DNA of 30,578 nucleotides. Origin: a bacterium (GTDB lineage: Bacteria > SZUA-182 > DTGQ01). Below the pieces are notes generated by a model, which did not search any database, had not been told where the DNA came from, and saw nothing but the letters and a program-made list of their open reading frames with translations. Positions 8,629 through 18,450 of the stretch are shown piece by piece; positions within the stretch are counted from its first letter, which is position 1, and every line of letters starts with the position of its first letter. The stretch covers positions 1-30,578 of the forward strand of contig JBFMGO010000078.1 in assembly GCA_040752695.1 (NCBI GenBank), in the 5' to 3' direction. The position numbers were made by a program, and so were the translations under genes.

Positions 8629-10059
8629 TTGCTTCCTTTGAAATCCGGAACATTTCCCAGGGCTGCCCTGGTCAGCCTTGGTTGTCCCAAAAATCTGGTT
8701 GACTCCGAAGTGGCTCTCGGTCTGCTTCAGCAGGCTGGCTTCACCATTACCCTCGATGAAAGCGAAGCTGATGTTTTAATCGTTAATACCTGTAGCTTCA
8801 TCGAGGATGCCAAGCAAGAATCCATAGAAACCATCCTTGAGCTGGCAGAGGAAAAAAGAACGGGCTCTGCCAGGCTGCTGGTAGTGGCAGGGTGCCTTGC
8901 CCAAAATTTCGGGGATGAGCTTCGCCGGGAGATCCCGGAAATCGATCTGGTAATCGGGACTGGAATGGTTCCCCGAATCGGGCAGATTTGTAAAAAAGTA
9001 CTGGAGCGAAAAAAGACTGATCGGGAATTAACGCAGACTGGCTGGCCTGACTTGCCTGTTCAGTCTGTCTGGGTCAATGAACCGGGCTTTCTCTACACGG
9101 AAAAGACGCCACGGATCAGGGCGACCCTTCCCCATGTGGCCTATGTAAAAATAGCCGAAGGATGCAACAACCGCTGCTCTTACTGCATCATTCCCCGTCT
9201 GCGGGGGAAGCTCCGAAGCCGCACTGCCGAATCCATTGTGGCCGAATGCCGGGAATTGGCCCGTCAGGGGGTGAAGGAAATCACCTTGATCGCTCAGGAT
9301 ACAACCGCTTACGGCCAGGACCTTCCTTCCAGCCAGGACAAGCTGGTTCCGGTGCTCAGGAAGCTGGCAAAACTGGAAAGCCTGCACTGGATCCGGCTGC
9401 TCTACACCTACCCGGACTCCATTACCCCGGAGCTTTTGACCTGCATAGCCGAGGAGCCCCGAATCTGCAAGTACATTGATATGCCTGTTCAACATATCAA
9501 TGATGGCATCTTACAGGCCATGAACCGAAGGAGCAGTCGAAAAAAGATAGAGGCCGCTCTTGATCTTATTCGCGAAATCCTTCCGGATGCGGTTTTAAGA
9601 ACTTCCCTGATGGTCGGCTTTCCAGGAGAAGGGAAAAGGGAGTTTGAGGAATTACGCGATTTTGTCGCTGCCGCCCAATTCGACCGTCTGGGAGTGTTCT
9701 CCTTTTCCGCCCAGGAAGAAACACCGGCTGCCAGGCTGGCCGGGAAAGTCTCTCAAAAGGTTAAAGAGCAAAGGCAAAATGAAATCTTGCAGCTTCAGGC
9801 TGACATTTCCACCAGAAAAAATCATCAGCTCATTGGAACCAGTCAGGAAGTTATCATAGACCTGATCGAACATGAAGGAGGAAATTCTGCGGGCTGTACT
9901 GCTCTTGGCAGAACTTCAGGCCATGCCCCGGATATCGATGGGCTTGTCTATGTGCAGGGTGAGGGGGATGCTCTCTGCTTTCCGGGACAAATTCTGCCGG
10001 TTAGAATCGTACGGGCCGGAACCTATGACCTGTTCGCAGAACGCTTAAATATCGACTAA
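8629..10059 (+). CDS. rimO: ribosomal protein S12 methylthiotransferase RimO
   Basis: SLGCPKNLVDSE, VNTCSFIEDAKQESI, radical-SAM AYVKIAEGCNNRCSYCIIP, WIRLLYTYP, and the TRAM-domain APDIDG motif. Confidence 0.96.
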   Translation: MLPLKSGTFPRAALVSLGCPKNLVDSEVALGLLQQAGFTITLDESEADVLIVNTCSFIEDAKQESIETILELAEEKRTGSARLLVVAGCLAQNFGDELRREIPEIDLVIGTGMVPRIGQICKKVLERKKTDRELTQTGWPDLPVQSVWVNEPGFLYTEKTPRIRATLPHVAYVKIAEGCNNRCSYCIIPRLRGKLRSRTAESIVAECRELARQGVKEITLIAQDTTAYGQDLPSSQDKLVPVLRKLAKLESLHWIRLLYTYPDSITPELLTCIAEEPRICKYIDMPVQHINDGILQAMNRRSSRKKIEAALDLIREILPDAVLRTSLMVGFPGEGKREFEELRDFVAAAQFDRLGVFSFSAQEETPAARLAGKVSQKVKEQRQNEILQLQADISTRKNHQLIGTSQEVIIDLIEHEGGNSAGCTALGRTSGHAPDIDGLVYVQGEGDALCFPGQILPVRIVRAGTYDLFAERLNID

Positions 10060-10127
10060 CACTCCGTCAGTGTATGGAAGACAGTCCGTATATATAAGTC
10101 TGTCAGTGTATGAAAGAAGGTGCCTTT

Positions 10128-11717
10128 ATGAAAAAAAACCGGCAAAATATATCTCTTTGCCTTGTTGTTTTTTTCCTCATCGGATGTGTTTTCTCCTCGG
10201 TTTTCTTTCCTGTCCGGTCTGAATCTGCTGACCCTGGTCAGACAAACGGCGATATCTGCATAGCTTTTTTCGGTGCCGAAGGCTGTGACATCTGTCAGGA
10301 GATTAAAGAGAATTTTCTCCCCGGAATCAAAGCCCGATATCCTCAGGTTAAAATCCACTATTTCGACATCGATGATATCAATAATTATCAGCTCCTGGTT
10401 CAATTGGAAAAAAAGTACAACCACCAGACCGACGAATCGCCCGTATTCATTATTGGAGATAAGATTCTGGAGGGCCGGCAGGAAATTGAGCAGCACATGG
10501 AGGAATACATCAGGATCTATGCTCAAAAGGGTGGCTGCCCTTTGCCTGACTTTGAGAAGTCAGTATCTGACCAGCAAACGAAGGTGGATGATTTATCCTC
10601 TGCTCAGCAGCACGAGCAGAGCTCACCCGTCATTTATCTGGCCCTGTTCACCAAGCCAGGCTGCCAGAAGTGTGACAGAACACAAGCCAGTTTGAAGCTT
10701 TTAAAAAACAGATACCCTAACCTGCAGATTAAACAGTTTGACGTTTCTCAACCCGAAAACATTCTGGTTCAGGAAGCACTGGCTGAAGCGGCCGGGATTC
10801 CGGAAGATCAGGCCCTCCTGGCCCCTATGGTGATGGTAGGACAGGACTTTCTGGCCAAGAACATGCTTACTTTTGGAAATATGGAATTATTAATTCAAAA
10901 ATATCAGTCCACTGGAAGCTCCTGCTCCTGGGAAAAAATCAATGCCAATCAATCTTCCCCCCGCCTTTCTCAAAAAATTGCAGACCGGTTTCAGAAACTC
11001 GGACCTTTGGCAATTCTCGGCAGCGGCCTTCTTGACGGGATCAACCCCTGCGCTTTTGCCACGATTGTCTTTTTAATCTCCTGGCTGGCTTTCATCGGCA
11101 AGAAGGATAAAGACCTGATCTGGGTGGGAGGTTCCTTTACTCTGGCCGTATTCCTGACCTACCTTTTCATCGGCCTTGGCATGTTTCAATTCCTGAAAAG
11201 ACTCAGTGCAGTGAAGGGGGTTCGTATTGTGGTCTTCATGGCTATGGCTCTTGTCACCTTTATTTTCGGTGTCCTCAGCATCAGGGATTACTTTAAGGTC
11301 AAACAGGGGAAAACAAAAGAGGTAGCCCTGCAGTTGCCGAAATTTCTCAAAAAAAGGATCCACCAAGTAATCAAGGAAAAAACAAACGTGAAGGGAATTG
11401 CCCTGGCAGCCTTCATCATGGGAGTTACCGTATCCATGCTCGAACTGGCCTGTACAGGGCAGGTGTATCTGCCTACCATCATAGCGGTTACCGCCATTCC
11501 CAGTCTCAAGCTGCATGCCACCCTGTATCTGATACTCTATAATCTCGCTTTTGTTCTGCCCTTGATCGTTGTCTTTCTGGTTACCTATAAAGGGGCATCT
11601 TCCAAACAATTGGCTGGCATCATGGATCAGCACATGGCGACAACCAAGCTCCTGACCGGCATGTTCTTCTTCCTTATGACCGCGGTCCTTATCGCCAGCC
11701 TCTATCTCCGGCTGTAA
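10128..11717 (+). CDS. membrane thiol-redox protein: two exported thioredoxin/glutaredoxin-like domains fused to a CcdA/DsbD-type TM domain
   Basis: Signal peptide, CDIC and CQKC motifs each followed by a cis-Pro-like segment, and a TM domain with DGINPCAF and LELACTGQVY cysteines. Alternative start at 10110. Confidence 0.8.
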   Translation: MKKNRQNISLCLVVFFLIGCVFSSVFFPVRSESADPGQTNGDICIAFFGAEGCDICQEIKENFLPGIKARYPQVKIHYFDIDDINNYQLLVQLEKKYNHQTDESPVFIIGDKILEGRQEIEQHMEEYIRIYAQKGGCPLPDFEKSVSDQQTKVDDLSSAQQHEQSSPVIYLALFTKPGCQKCDRTQASLKLLKNRYPNLQIKQFDVSQPENILVQEALAEAAGIPEDQALLAPMVMVGQDFLAKNMLTFGNMELLIQKYQSTGSSCSWEKINANQSSPRLSQKIADRFQKLGPLAILGSGLLDGINPCAFATIVFLISWLAFIGKKDKDLIWVGGSFTLAVFLTYLFIGLGMFQFLKRLSAVKGVRIVVFMAMALVTFIFGVLSIRDYFKVKQGKTKEVALQLPKFLKKRIHQVIKEKTNVKGIALAAFIMGVTVSMLELACTGQVYLPTIIAVTAIPSLKLHATLYLILYNLAFVLPLIVVFLVTYKGASSKQLAGIMDQHMATTKLLTGMFFFLMTAVLIASLYLRL

Positions 11718-11779
11718 CCTGGCTGCGGATAGCCGGTGGGTCCAGGGAGGGGACAAGAGCTTTTTGTTTTTTAAGATTC

Positions 11780-12400
11780 TTATTTTTTCTTGAAAATCGC
11801 TCTCCAGCCTGTGGGTTGCTGAAGGGAAGGGTGGGTTAATTTACTTACACTTCCTACATGTTCTATGATATAAAAGGCATCCGGGTCGATCTTTTTGACA
11901 GTCGACACGATGCCTTTCAAGTTACTCTTTTTACATACGATACATAATTCCGTGACCGGGCCGGATATCCCCTCGCCGGCGAAGGTAGTCACTGCATATC
12001 CCAGTTCCCTGATTTGTTCTGCCATTTTCTGGCTGCTCCGGGGGCTGATGATTTTCAGTACAGCGTGGCCGATCGAGAGCTTCTTTTCAAGCACTATCCC
12101 AACAGCATTGCCTGTTGAAAAGCCGAGAGCGTAAAAAATTCCAAGAACAGGTTTATCTTTGACCTTATCTACGACAGTGGTTATGACCATCAGCCATATA
12201 CTGACTTCCAGAAAGCCCAGTACAAAAGCTGTCTCGATCCTTCCCTGGACAATGCTGATTGTCCTCACTGTCCCCAGGGTAACATCTACAACTCTGGCCA
12301 GAAATATAGCTATCCCCGTAAGAAGAGTTTCCAAATCGAGTAGACCCGATCCCGTAGTGGAGTGATAATTTAAAATACTATAATAATAGCCAAAAATCAT
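11780..12400 (-). CDS. UPF0316 (DUF5698/DUF2179) membrane protein
   Basis: IFLARVVDVTLGTVRTI, GFLEVSIW, YALGFSTGNAVG, GYAVTTFAGEG, IDPDAFY. Confidence 0.88.
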   Translation of the reverse strand: MIFGYYYSILNYHSTTGSGLLDLETLLTGIAIFLARVVDVTLGTVRTISIVQGRIETAFVLGFLEVSIWLMVITTVVDKVKDKPVLGIFYALGFSTGNAVGIVLEKKLSIGHAVLKIISPRSSQKMAEQIRELGYAVTTFAGEGISGPVTELCIVCKKSNLKGIVSTVKKIDPDAFYIIEHVGSVSKLTHPSLQQPTGWRAIFKKK

Positions 12401-12416
12401 AGTATTAGGTGTCTTT

Positions 12417-12446
12417 AGTATACCTGATAAATGACCTCTCTGTCAA
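12417..12446 (-). promoter_or_regulatory. sigma70 promoter for the UPF0316 gene
   Basis: Minus strand: TTGACA (12446-12441), 18-nt spacer, TATACT (12422-12417). Confidence 0.6.
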
Positions 12447-12461
12447 CCTGCTATTTTTTGT

Positions 12462-13739
12462 TCACCGGCAGCATTTGTTTCCGGCACATGGTTCATTTTC
12501 AACTTTAACCATTGAAATAACGATACATCCTAGGAGGGCAAAAGCCATGCCTATCATAAAGGCATACTGATAGCCCCATTTTTGCCAGATCAGGCCAAAA
12601 AGGAGACTGGACGGTAAGGTAGTGATACCGGTAGCTCCACTGTAGTAACCGAATGCCCTCCCTCTCAGATTTTTGGAAACAAATGAGGCGATCCAGGCCC
12701 TCTCGGCAGGCTCAGTAAAACCAAAATACACACCATGAAGCAAAAAGACTCCGGTGAGAGGCCCCTTGCCCTGAAGGTGAGCAAAGAGCAGATAGGTCAC
12801 GGCGTAGTATATCCATCCAGCCATAATCATGGGCTTTCGGCCAACCCTGTCAGAAACGCGCCCTCCTACATAGGTTGAAATCATTTTAATGAGATTAAAC
12901 AGTGCCCATAAGGCTGCCGAATTGGCTGCTTTTACCCCTATCGTATTCAGTCTGAGCAAGAGAAAAGTATCGGTCGGGCGACCGAAGGAAAAGATGATAC
13001 CGGCCAGAAGAAACAGCAGAAAATTCCTACCCCTTATGGTATGATCAGGTTCCTTCTGGTAAGCTTCTTTATGAGGTGCTTTCCCCTGATCAGCTTTCCC
13101 CTGACAGGATTCCTCAACTCCCATCCTTGACGGGGTGCTGGCAGCAGGATTGCTTTTTCTCCTTTCTTGCACCAACAAGATAAGAACAGCCATAGCCATG
13201 GCCGCAGGAAAGATAGAGAAAAGAAAAACACTCCGCAGAGAAAGACCAAATTCCTTGAGAAGAAAGACCGCAGCCAAGGGCCCCATGACTGACCCCCCAT
13301 AATCCATGGCTTTTTGAAACCCGAATGCCCGCCCGCTCATCTCATGGTCAGAGGCATCTGCAATCAATGCATCCCGTGGGGATGAACTGATTCCATTGCC
13401 TGTCCTGTCTGCGAATCGCAGCCACAGAACAACGGGCCAGGTTCCGGCCATACCAATGAGGGGCCGCACAACCGAGGAAAGGCCATATCCGGCAATAACA
13501 AAAGGCTTTCTCCTCTTTGCCCTGTCAGTGAGATACCCCGATACGATTTTGAGCACTGAAGCGGTTGCCTCTGCAACTCCCTCAACCAGACCAAGACCAA
13601 AAGCCCCTGCACCGAGCATGGAGGATAAAAAGAGGGGAAGAAGAGGATAGATCATATCACTCGAAAAGGTCGCAAAGAAAGTGGCTAACCCAATGGCAAC
13701 GACGGTAAAGGATAGGTCTTTTTGGCTTGATTGTTTCAT
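12462..13739 (-). CDS. MFS transporter
   Basis: About 12 hydrophobic segments. Motif A variants GYLTDRAKRRK and GRVSDRVGRK, plus SSPRDALIAD. Confidence 0.92.
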   Translation of the reverse strand: MKQSSQKDLSFTVVAIGLATFFATFSSDMIYPLLPLFLSSMLGAGAFGLGLVEGVAEATASVLKIVSGYLTDRAKRRKPFVIAGYGLSSVVRPLIGMAGTWPVVLWLRFADRTGNGISSSPRDALIADASDHEMSGRAFGFQKAMDYGGSVMGPLAAVFLLKEFGLSLRSVFLFSIFPAAMAMAVLILLVQERRKSNPAASTPSRMGVEESCQGKADQGKAPHKEAYQKEPDHTIRGRNFLLFLLAGIIFSFGRPTDTFLLLRLNTIGVKAANSAALWALFNLIKMISTYVGGRVSDRVGRKPMIMAGWIYYAVTYLLFAHLQGKGPLTGVFLLHGVYFGFTEPAERAWIASFVSKNLRGRAFGYYSGATGITTLPSSLLFGLIWQKWGYQYAFMIGMAFALLGCIVISMVKVENEPCAGNKCCR

Positions 13740-13965
13740 GGAGTATTATGTAACCTTTTTTTATTCTTCTTCGGTTCCATTAATCGGAGAATTGGAGTGT
13801 AATTCATGATATAATTATCGCGTATATTTTGGCGGACTGAACAAGATCCAAAAATGGATGTATTCCAGAAGGAATGACCGACAAGTTAAACGGTCAGGAG
13901 ACAGGAGTAAGAGGACGGTAGCCGGAAGTTGGAATAATGATAAATAGAGAATATATTCATAATAA

Positions 13966-14010
13966 AATAGACTGATAAAGAATAGACTGATAAAGAATAG
14001 AGTGATGAAC
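13966..14010 (+). repeat. 15-bp tandem repeat (two exact copies and one degenerate copy)
   Basis: AATAGACTGATAAAG at 13966 and 13981, AATAGAGTGATGAAC at 13996. Confidence 0.9.
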
Positions 14011-14032
14011 TTTTATCAGAGGGAGAAGAAAG

Positions 14033-15646
14033 ATGAAAAACAAATGCCTTGCTGCTTCCTTCATTGCGAGTATCATAATGCTTGTAAATTTCCCGGGTGA
14101 GCCGGTGAAGGCTCTGGAACCGGCCGGTATTTCGGAGTCGGTCAAAGATACATTATCAGAAGCCGATAAAAGTATGCAAAAGACCCTGGAACCACCTGCA
14201 AAAAGCCTCAAGACTGAACGCGCCCAAGAGGAACTTTCAGTTACTCATCATTCGCTCACCATCAATGGTCAGACTCATGAATATACTGCTACGGCAGGCT
14301 ATCTGCAAATAAAGGAAAAATCGGACAAGCCCAAAGCGGATCTTTTCTTTGTCGCCTATGAAATGCGTAATCAGAAGGACAGGGCTGCACGGCCTGTTAC
14401 CTTTGCCTTTAATGGCGGCCCTGGCGCATCGTCAGTCTTTTTGCACCTTGGGGCACTCGGCCCCAGGAGGATATTTCTGAGAGAAGAAGGCAGGAATGCC
14501 ACGCCACCCTACCGGCTCGTGGACAATGAATATACCTGGCTGCCCTTCACTGATCTTGTTTTTATTGACCCTATGGGCACCGGATACAGCCGCCCCGGCC
14601 CTGATGTGGACCCGAAGCAGTTTTATGGCTTGAAAGAAGATGTTCAGTCGGTCGGGGAATTTATCCGGCTTTATATTACTCAGTACAAGCGCTGGTCTTC
14701 ACCCAAATTTATTGCCGGAGAAAGCTATGGCACGACCAGGGCCGCAGGCCTGGCAGGATACCTGCAAGATGATCTCAACATAGATCTCAATGGTCTTGTG
14801 CTCATCTCCCCGGCCCTCGACTTTCAGACCATCATGTTTGAGCCGGGCAATGATCTGCCTTATCCCCTCTTTTTGCCTTCCTATACAGCGGCAGCCTGGT
14901 ATCATAAAAAACTCCCCCCTGCTCTGCAATCGAGTGACTTGTCAACGGTTTTGAAGGAAGTGGAAGGGTGGGCAATGAGCGAATACACGCTGGCCTTAAT
15001 GAAGGGAGCAGCGCTTCCCGATGCCAATCGCGAGCAGGTTATTAAAAAATTGGCCTTCTATACAGCTCTTTCTCCAATCTATATCAGGAACCATAACCTG
15101 CGCCCCGACCAGATGGATTTCATCAGGGAACTTTTGCGCAGCGAACATCGGATAATCGGCCTTTTGGATAGCAGATTCGAGGGTACTGACCCTGATCCGG
15201 GCCGGGAGTACGGTAAATACGACCCCTCGCTTTTTCTGGTCAGCGGTCCCTTTGGAGCAGTCATGAATGACTATGTGCGCAACGATCTTAAGTACATCAA
15301 TGACCTTCCCTATGAGGTTCTCAACGAGGAAGTAAACCGCTCGTGGGATTGGGGCTCCGGCCTCCATGAAGGACAAGGGTTTGCCAATGTGACCGGAACC
15401 TTGCGCAGAGCTCTCAGCAAGAACAAATACCTGAAGGTTTTTATAGCCAGCGGCTACTACGACTTGACCACGCCCTATTTCGTTACCGATTATACCGTGA
15501 ATCATCTCGGTCTCGATCCGGTCTTGCAGGCTAATGTTACTGCCGCCTACTACGATGTAGGCCACCAGATCTATGTGCATTTGCCATCACTGGAAAAACT
15601 GACAGCCGATGTGTCTGCTTTTGTCAAAAAAACGCTCGCTGATTAA
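14033..15646 (+). CDS. secreted serine carboxypeptidase, peptidase S10 family
   Basis: Signal peptide, FNGGPGASS, DLVFIDPMGTGYS, nucleophile motif GESYG, GYYDLTTP (Asp) and DVGHQIY (His). Confidence 0.92.
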   Translation: MKNKCLAASFIASIIMLVNFPGEPVKALEPAGISESVKDTLSEADKSMQKTLEPPAKSLKTERAQEELSVTHHSLTINGQTHEYTATAGYLQIKEKSDKPKADLFFVAYEMRNQKDRAARPVTFAFNGGPGASSVFLHLGALGPRRIFLREEGRNATPPYRLVDNEYTWLPFTDLVFIDPMGTGYSRPGPDVDPKQFYGLKEDVQSVGEFIRLYITQYKRWSSPKFIAGESYGTTRAAGLAGYLQDDLNIDLNGLVLISPALDFQTIMFEPGNDLPYPLFLPSYTAAAWYHKKLPPALQSSDLSTVLKEVEGWAMSEYTLALMKGAALPDANREQVIKKLAFYTALSPIYIRNHNLRPDQMDFIRELLRSEHRIIGLLDSRFEGTDPDPGREYGKYDPSLFLVSGPFGAVMNDYVRNDLKYINDLPYEVLNEEVNRSWDWGSGLHEGQGFANVTGTLRRALSKNKYLKVFIASGYYDLTTPYFVTDYTVNHLGLDPVLQANVTAAYYDVGHQIYVHLPSLEKLTADVSAFVKKTLAD

Positions 15647-15731
15647 TGCTCCAGCGAGACTTTATCTTTCAGTCTGGGTAGCAGGTTTGAAAGCAGTATT
15701 ACAACGAGACATTAAAGGGCTTGAAAGACCA

Positions 15732-16307
15732 CTAAAACTCCACCTGTGGCACCCGCTTTTCCTCTTCAGGTACTTGATAATACGCTCCTTTTTCAAAGCC
15801 AAAGAACCCTGCGAAAATCCGGTCGGGAAATCTGGCGATTGCCGTATTATACGACCTGACCGTATCATTATAACGCATTCTTTCCACGGCAAGACGATTT
15901 TCCGTACCAGCCAATTCGTCCATGAGCCGGTTGAAACTCTCGTTAGCCTTCAGATCAGGATACCTCTCCAGAATAACCAGTAACCTGCCCAGAGCTGATC
16001 CAACCGCTTGAGCGCCTTCAATTTTCTCCGGAATCGTTTGTGCGCCAGCCAGTTTTGCCCGTGCCTCCGCGATCTGGATAAATATTTCTTTCTCGTGAGC
16101 GGCATAGCCCTTGACCGTGTTCACCAGGTTCGGTATGAGATCGTTCCTTCTCTTGAGTTGGTTATCGACCTGAGCCCACGCTCCATCGATATTTTCCCTC
16201 ATGGTCACCAGTTTGTTGTAGTGAGATACTCCCCAACTGATGAGGAAAATAGCAAAGATGGCCAAAACTGCCAAAATTGCCAGGGAAATACTCAGACCTT
16301 TCTTCAT
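15732..16307 (-). CDS. lemA: LemA family protein
   Basis: N-terminal TM helix, YNKLV, AWAQVDNQLKRRNDLIPNLVNTVKGYAAHE, ERYPDLKAN, ELAGTENRLAVERMRYN. Confidence 0.95.
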   Translation of the reverse strand: MKKGLSISLAILAVLAIFAIFLISWGVSHYNKLVTMRENIDGAWAQVDNQLKRRNDLIPNLVNTVKGYAAHEKEIFIQIAEARAKLAGAQTIPEKIEGAQAVGSALGRLLVILERYPDLKANESFNRLMDELAGTENRLAVERMRYNDTVRSYNTAIARFPDRIFAGFFGFEKGAYYQVPEEEKRVPQVEF

Positions 16308-16332
16308 GTTTCACTCCTCCCTTTACTGACCG

Positions 16333-16455
16333 ATACTGCCTGTCTGTTGCACATACTGGCTGCCTGTTGCTTGATACTGGCTGTTTGTTGCCGGATATTA
16401 GCTGTTTGTTGCCGGATATTGGCTGTTTGTTGCCGGATATTGGCTATTGGTTGTG
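16333..16455. repeat. intergenic ~21-bp tandem repeat, about six degenerate copies
   Basis: Units start at 16333, 16353, 16374, 16395, 16416 and 16437. The core ATAYTRGCTGTTTGTTGCCGG is near-identical in the units at 16374, 16395 and 16416. Confidence 0.9.
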
Positions 16456-16505
16456 ATACCCTGACATTGGATTCCCGGTAATTGACATTGGATACTCTTT
16501 TTCCT

Positions 16506-17372
16506 CTACCATCTGCCGGTAGCTCCGCCGCCACCGCTTGATCCTCCACCGAATCCACCGAAGCCTCCAAATCCGCCGTATCCTCCCCCGCCGAATCCGC
16601 TGCCCCCAAAGCCTCCGCCGCCTCTTCTGCCCCAATAGCCGCCGCCCCTGGGGCCAAAGAGCAAATAGCCCAAAAGGCCGGTTCTCCAGCCCAAAAGGAG
16701 AAACAGCAAAAACAGGGTAAACAGAAATTCCAGCGTAGAGAACATGTCGGGTTCCTGCTGCTCGCCTTTCTTTGACGTTTTCGGCAAACCGGTAATTTTG
16801 ACACGATACTCTTTTGCAATCTGGCGAACAACTGCCACGGTCCCGTCCACAATTCCCCGTCCGTAGTCCCCTTTTTTAAAAGCGGAGATCATATATCTTC
16901 GGATGATCTCGCCGGCAAGACCGTCCGGCAGTCTCCCCTCGAGCCCATAGCCGACCTCTATCCGGACTTCGTGCTCTTTCAGGGCCAGCAGGATCAGTGC
17001 ACCATTATCTTTTCCTCTGACTCCGATGCCCCATTTCTCGAATAGTTTTACTGCATAGAGGTTAATATCGTGCGGCGCCACACTATCCAGAGTAACCACG
17101 GCAACTTCGGCTGTAGTTTTCTCCTGAAGTTCCCGGATATATCTGGTGAGGGTTTCCTCCTCCTGAGGGGATAGAAGCTCTGCAAAGTCATTGACATACC
17201 CCGTGGGCTCCGGAAGATTTATCTCCTGCACCTCACTGTGCGGCGCTCGTGAGAAAGCCCAGAGGGTTCTTCCCCCTGCGACAAGACAACAGGACAGGCA
17301 CAGCAGAAAGACGATCAGCAAAAGGACCTTATTCGTATCGCTTGAGCAGTGTTTCCTGTGCAGGCAGATCAT
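16506..17372 (-). CDS. TPM-domain (YgcG-like) membrane protein with Gly-rich tail
   Basis: GYVNDFAELLS, EVAVVT, LFEKWGIG..GKDNGALIL, RIEVGYGLEG, a TM helix and a GGFGGGSSGGGGATGRW tail. Confidence 0.93.
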   Translation of the reverse strand: MICLHRKHCSSDTNKVLLLIVFLLCLSCCLVAGGRTLWAFSRAPHSEVQEINLPEPTGYVNDFAELLSPQEEETLTRYIRELQEKTTAEVAVVTLDSVAPHDINLYAVKLFEKWGIGVRGKDNGALILLALKEHEVRIEVGYGLEGRLPDGLAGEIIRRYMISAFKKGDYGRGIVDGTVAVVRQIAKEYRVKITGLPKTSKKGEQQEPDMFSTLEFLFTLFLLFLLLGWRTGLLGYLLFGPRGGGYWGRRGGGGFGGSGFGGGGYGGFGGFGGFGGGSSGGGGATGRW

Positions 17373-18124
17373 AAGAGCACCGGCAGAGCATCGACTTTTT
17401 GGGCCAGTTCATCGAGGTTCCGGAGATAGTCATCCATGACCTTTTCGAGGTCGGGCTTATCGAGACCGAGTTTTCCTTCCTTAATATGCAGCACCTTCAT
17501 AAATACCTCAGCCTGAAGCTGAAAATCCGCAACGATCTCTTGAATGACCTTGTCCCTGGATTGCGGAGGAAGGCCATTTTTGAGGCGGATGATACTGCGA
17601 AAGGCAGGGATCAGGGCGGTCAGGGAATCGGATAAAAGGCATTCGATTTGACTTTTCTTAAGCCCCATCTCGAGGTAAGCCTGACGAAGCCTGATCAGTT
17701 TGCCTTTAATTTCCTGCTCGCACTGAAGGCGAAGATTCGATTTTTCGATCCTGAGCTTTTGAAAAATATCCTCCCCATAGAGAGTGACGTGTTTTTCCTT
17801 GATATCGAGGTATTCAATAGGGAAGGTATCGCATGAGGAAAGGATATGCTCCTTGGTGAGAAACAGAGGTGCCAGCACTCTTTTCTTTCGTCCTGAGGCG
17901 ATCAGTTTCAGGCTGCTCTTCAATACGGAAAAAGGGATGTGATCGAAGACAAGGATGAGGTTAATATTCGATCGCCCAGGGATATAGTCCTCTCCGGCAG
18001 CACTGCCATAAATCGTAATTGACTTCAGGTTTCCCTGGTGGATCTGGATCATGTCCTGGCTATACCAGGTAACCGTTGACTGGATATGAGGTGGCACTTT
18101 GTCCAGATTTCTGAGCTCAATCAC
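17369..18124 (-). CDS. nucleotidyltransferase-fold protein associated with TPM/LemA
   Basis: GTG start after GGAGGT. Motifs IYGSAAGEDY..GRSNINLILV, DTFPIEYLDIK and LRLQCEQEIKGKLIRLRQ. 4-nt stop/start overlap with the TPM gene. Confidence 0.8.
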   Translation of the reverse strand: MIELRNLDKVPPHIQSTVTWYSQDMIQIHQGNLKSITIYGSAAGEDYIPGRSNINLILVFDHIPFSVLKSSLKLIASGRKKRVLAPLFLTKEHILSSCDTFPIEYLDIKEKHVTLYGEDIFQKLRIEKSNLRLQCEQEIKGKLIRLRQAYLEMGLKKSQIECLLSDSLTALIPAFRSIIRLKNGLPPQSRDKVIQEIVADFQLQAEVFMKVLHIKEGKLGLDKPDLEKVMDDYLRNLDELAQKVDALPVLL

Positions 18125-18450
18125 CCTCTTACCTCCTTTGCACCTTGAGCGCTTCGGTAGTTGACTATGGCCTGAAATTTCTATAATTTTTCATGGTTAA
18201 TTGCCAATGGATAAAAATATCAGGTAAAGGGGAAAAAATCAATACTTCAGGATGGTATCAGAGGCACACGTACTATCACCCTTTGTCCATACCGCATGTC
18301 TACCCCTGTCCGTACCTCATGTCAGGCGCGAATCAGCAAAGAGAAAATCGGTATTTGACAATATCCATAAAAATTTTGTATCCTTTTATGAAGAATAAGA
18401 AAGATCTCTTTAACTGTATCGGAATAAAACTCTTGCAAGGAGGACTGAAC

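Noticed and set aside
13957..14211. Minus-strand ORF ending in SILYQ repeats
   Set aside because: It is antisense to the S10 peptidase start, and the repeat is simply the intergenic 15-mer.
16333..16455. Mini-CRISPR
   Set aside because: The units are directly adjacent, with no spacers.
16304..16852. Track ORFs containing QQTANIR or LAVCCRI repeats (16304..16852 minus, 16008..16481 plus)
   Set aside because: They overlap the well-supported TPM and lemA genes and stay open only because the 21-bp repeat lacks stops.
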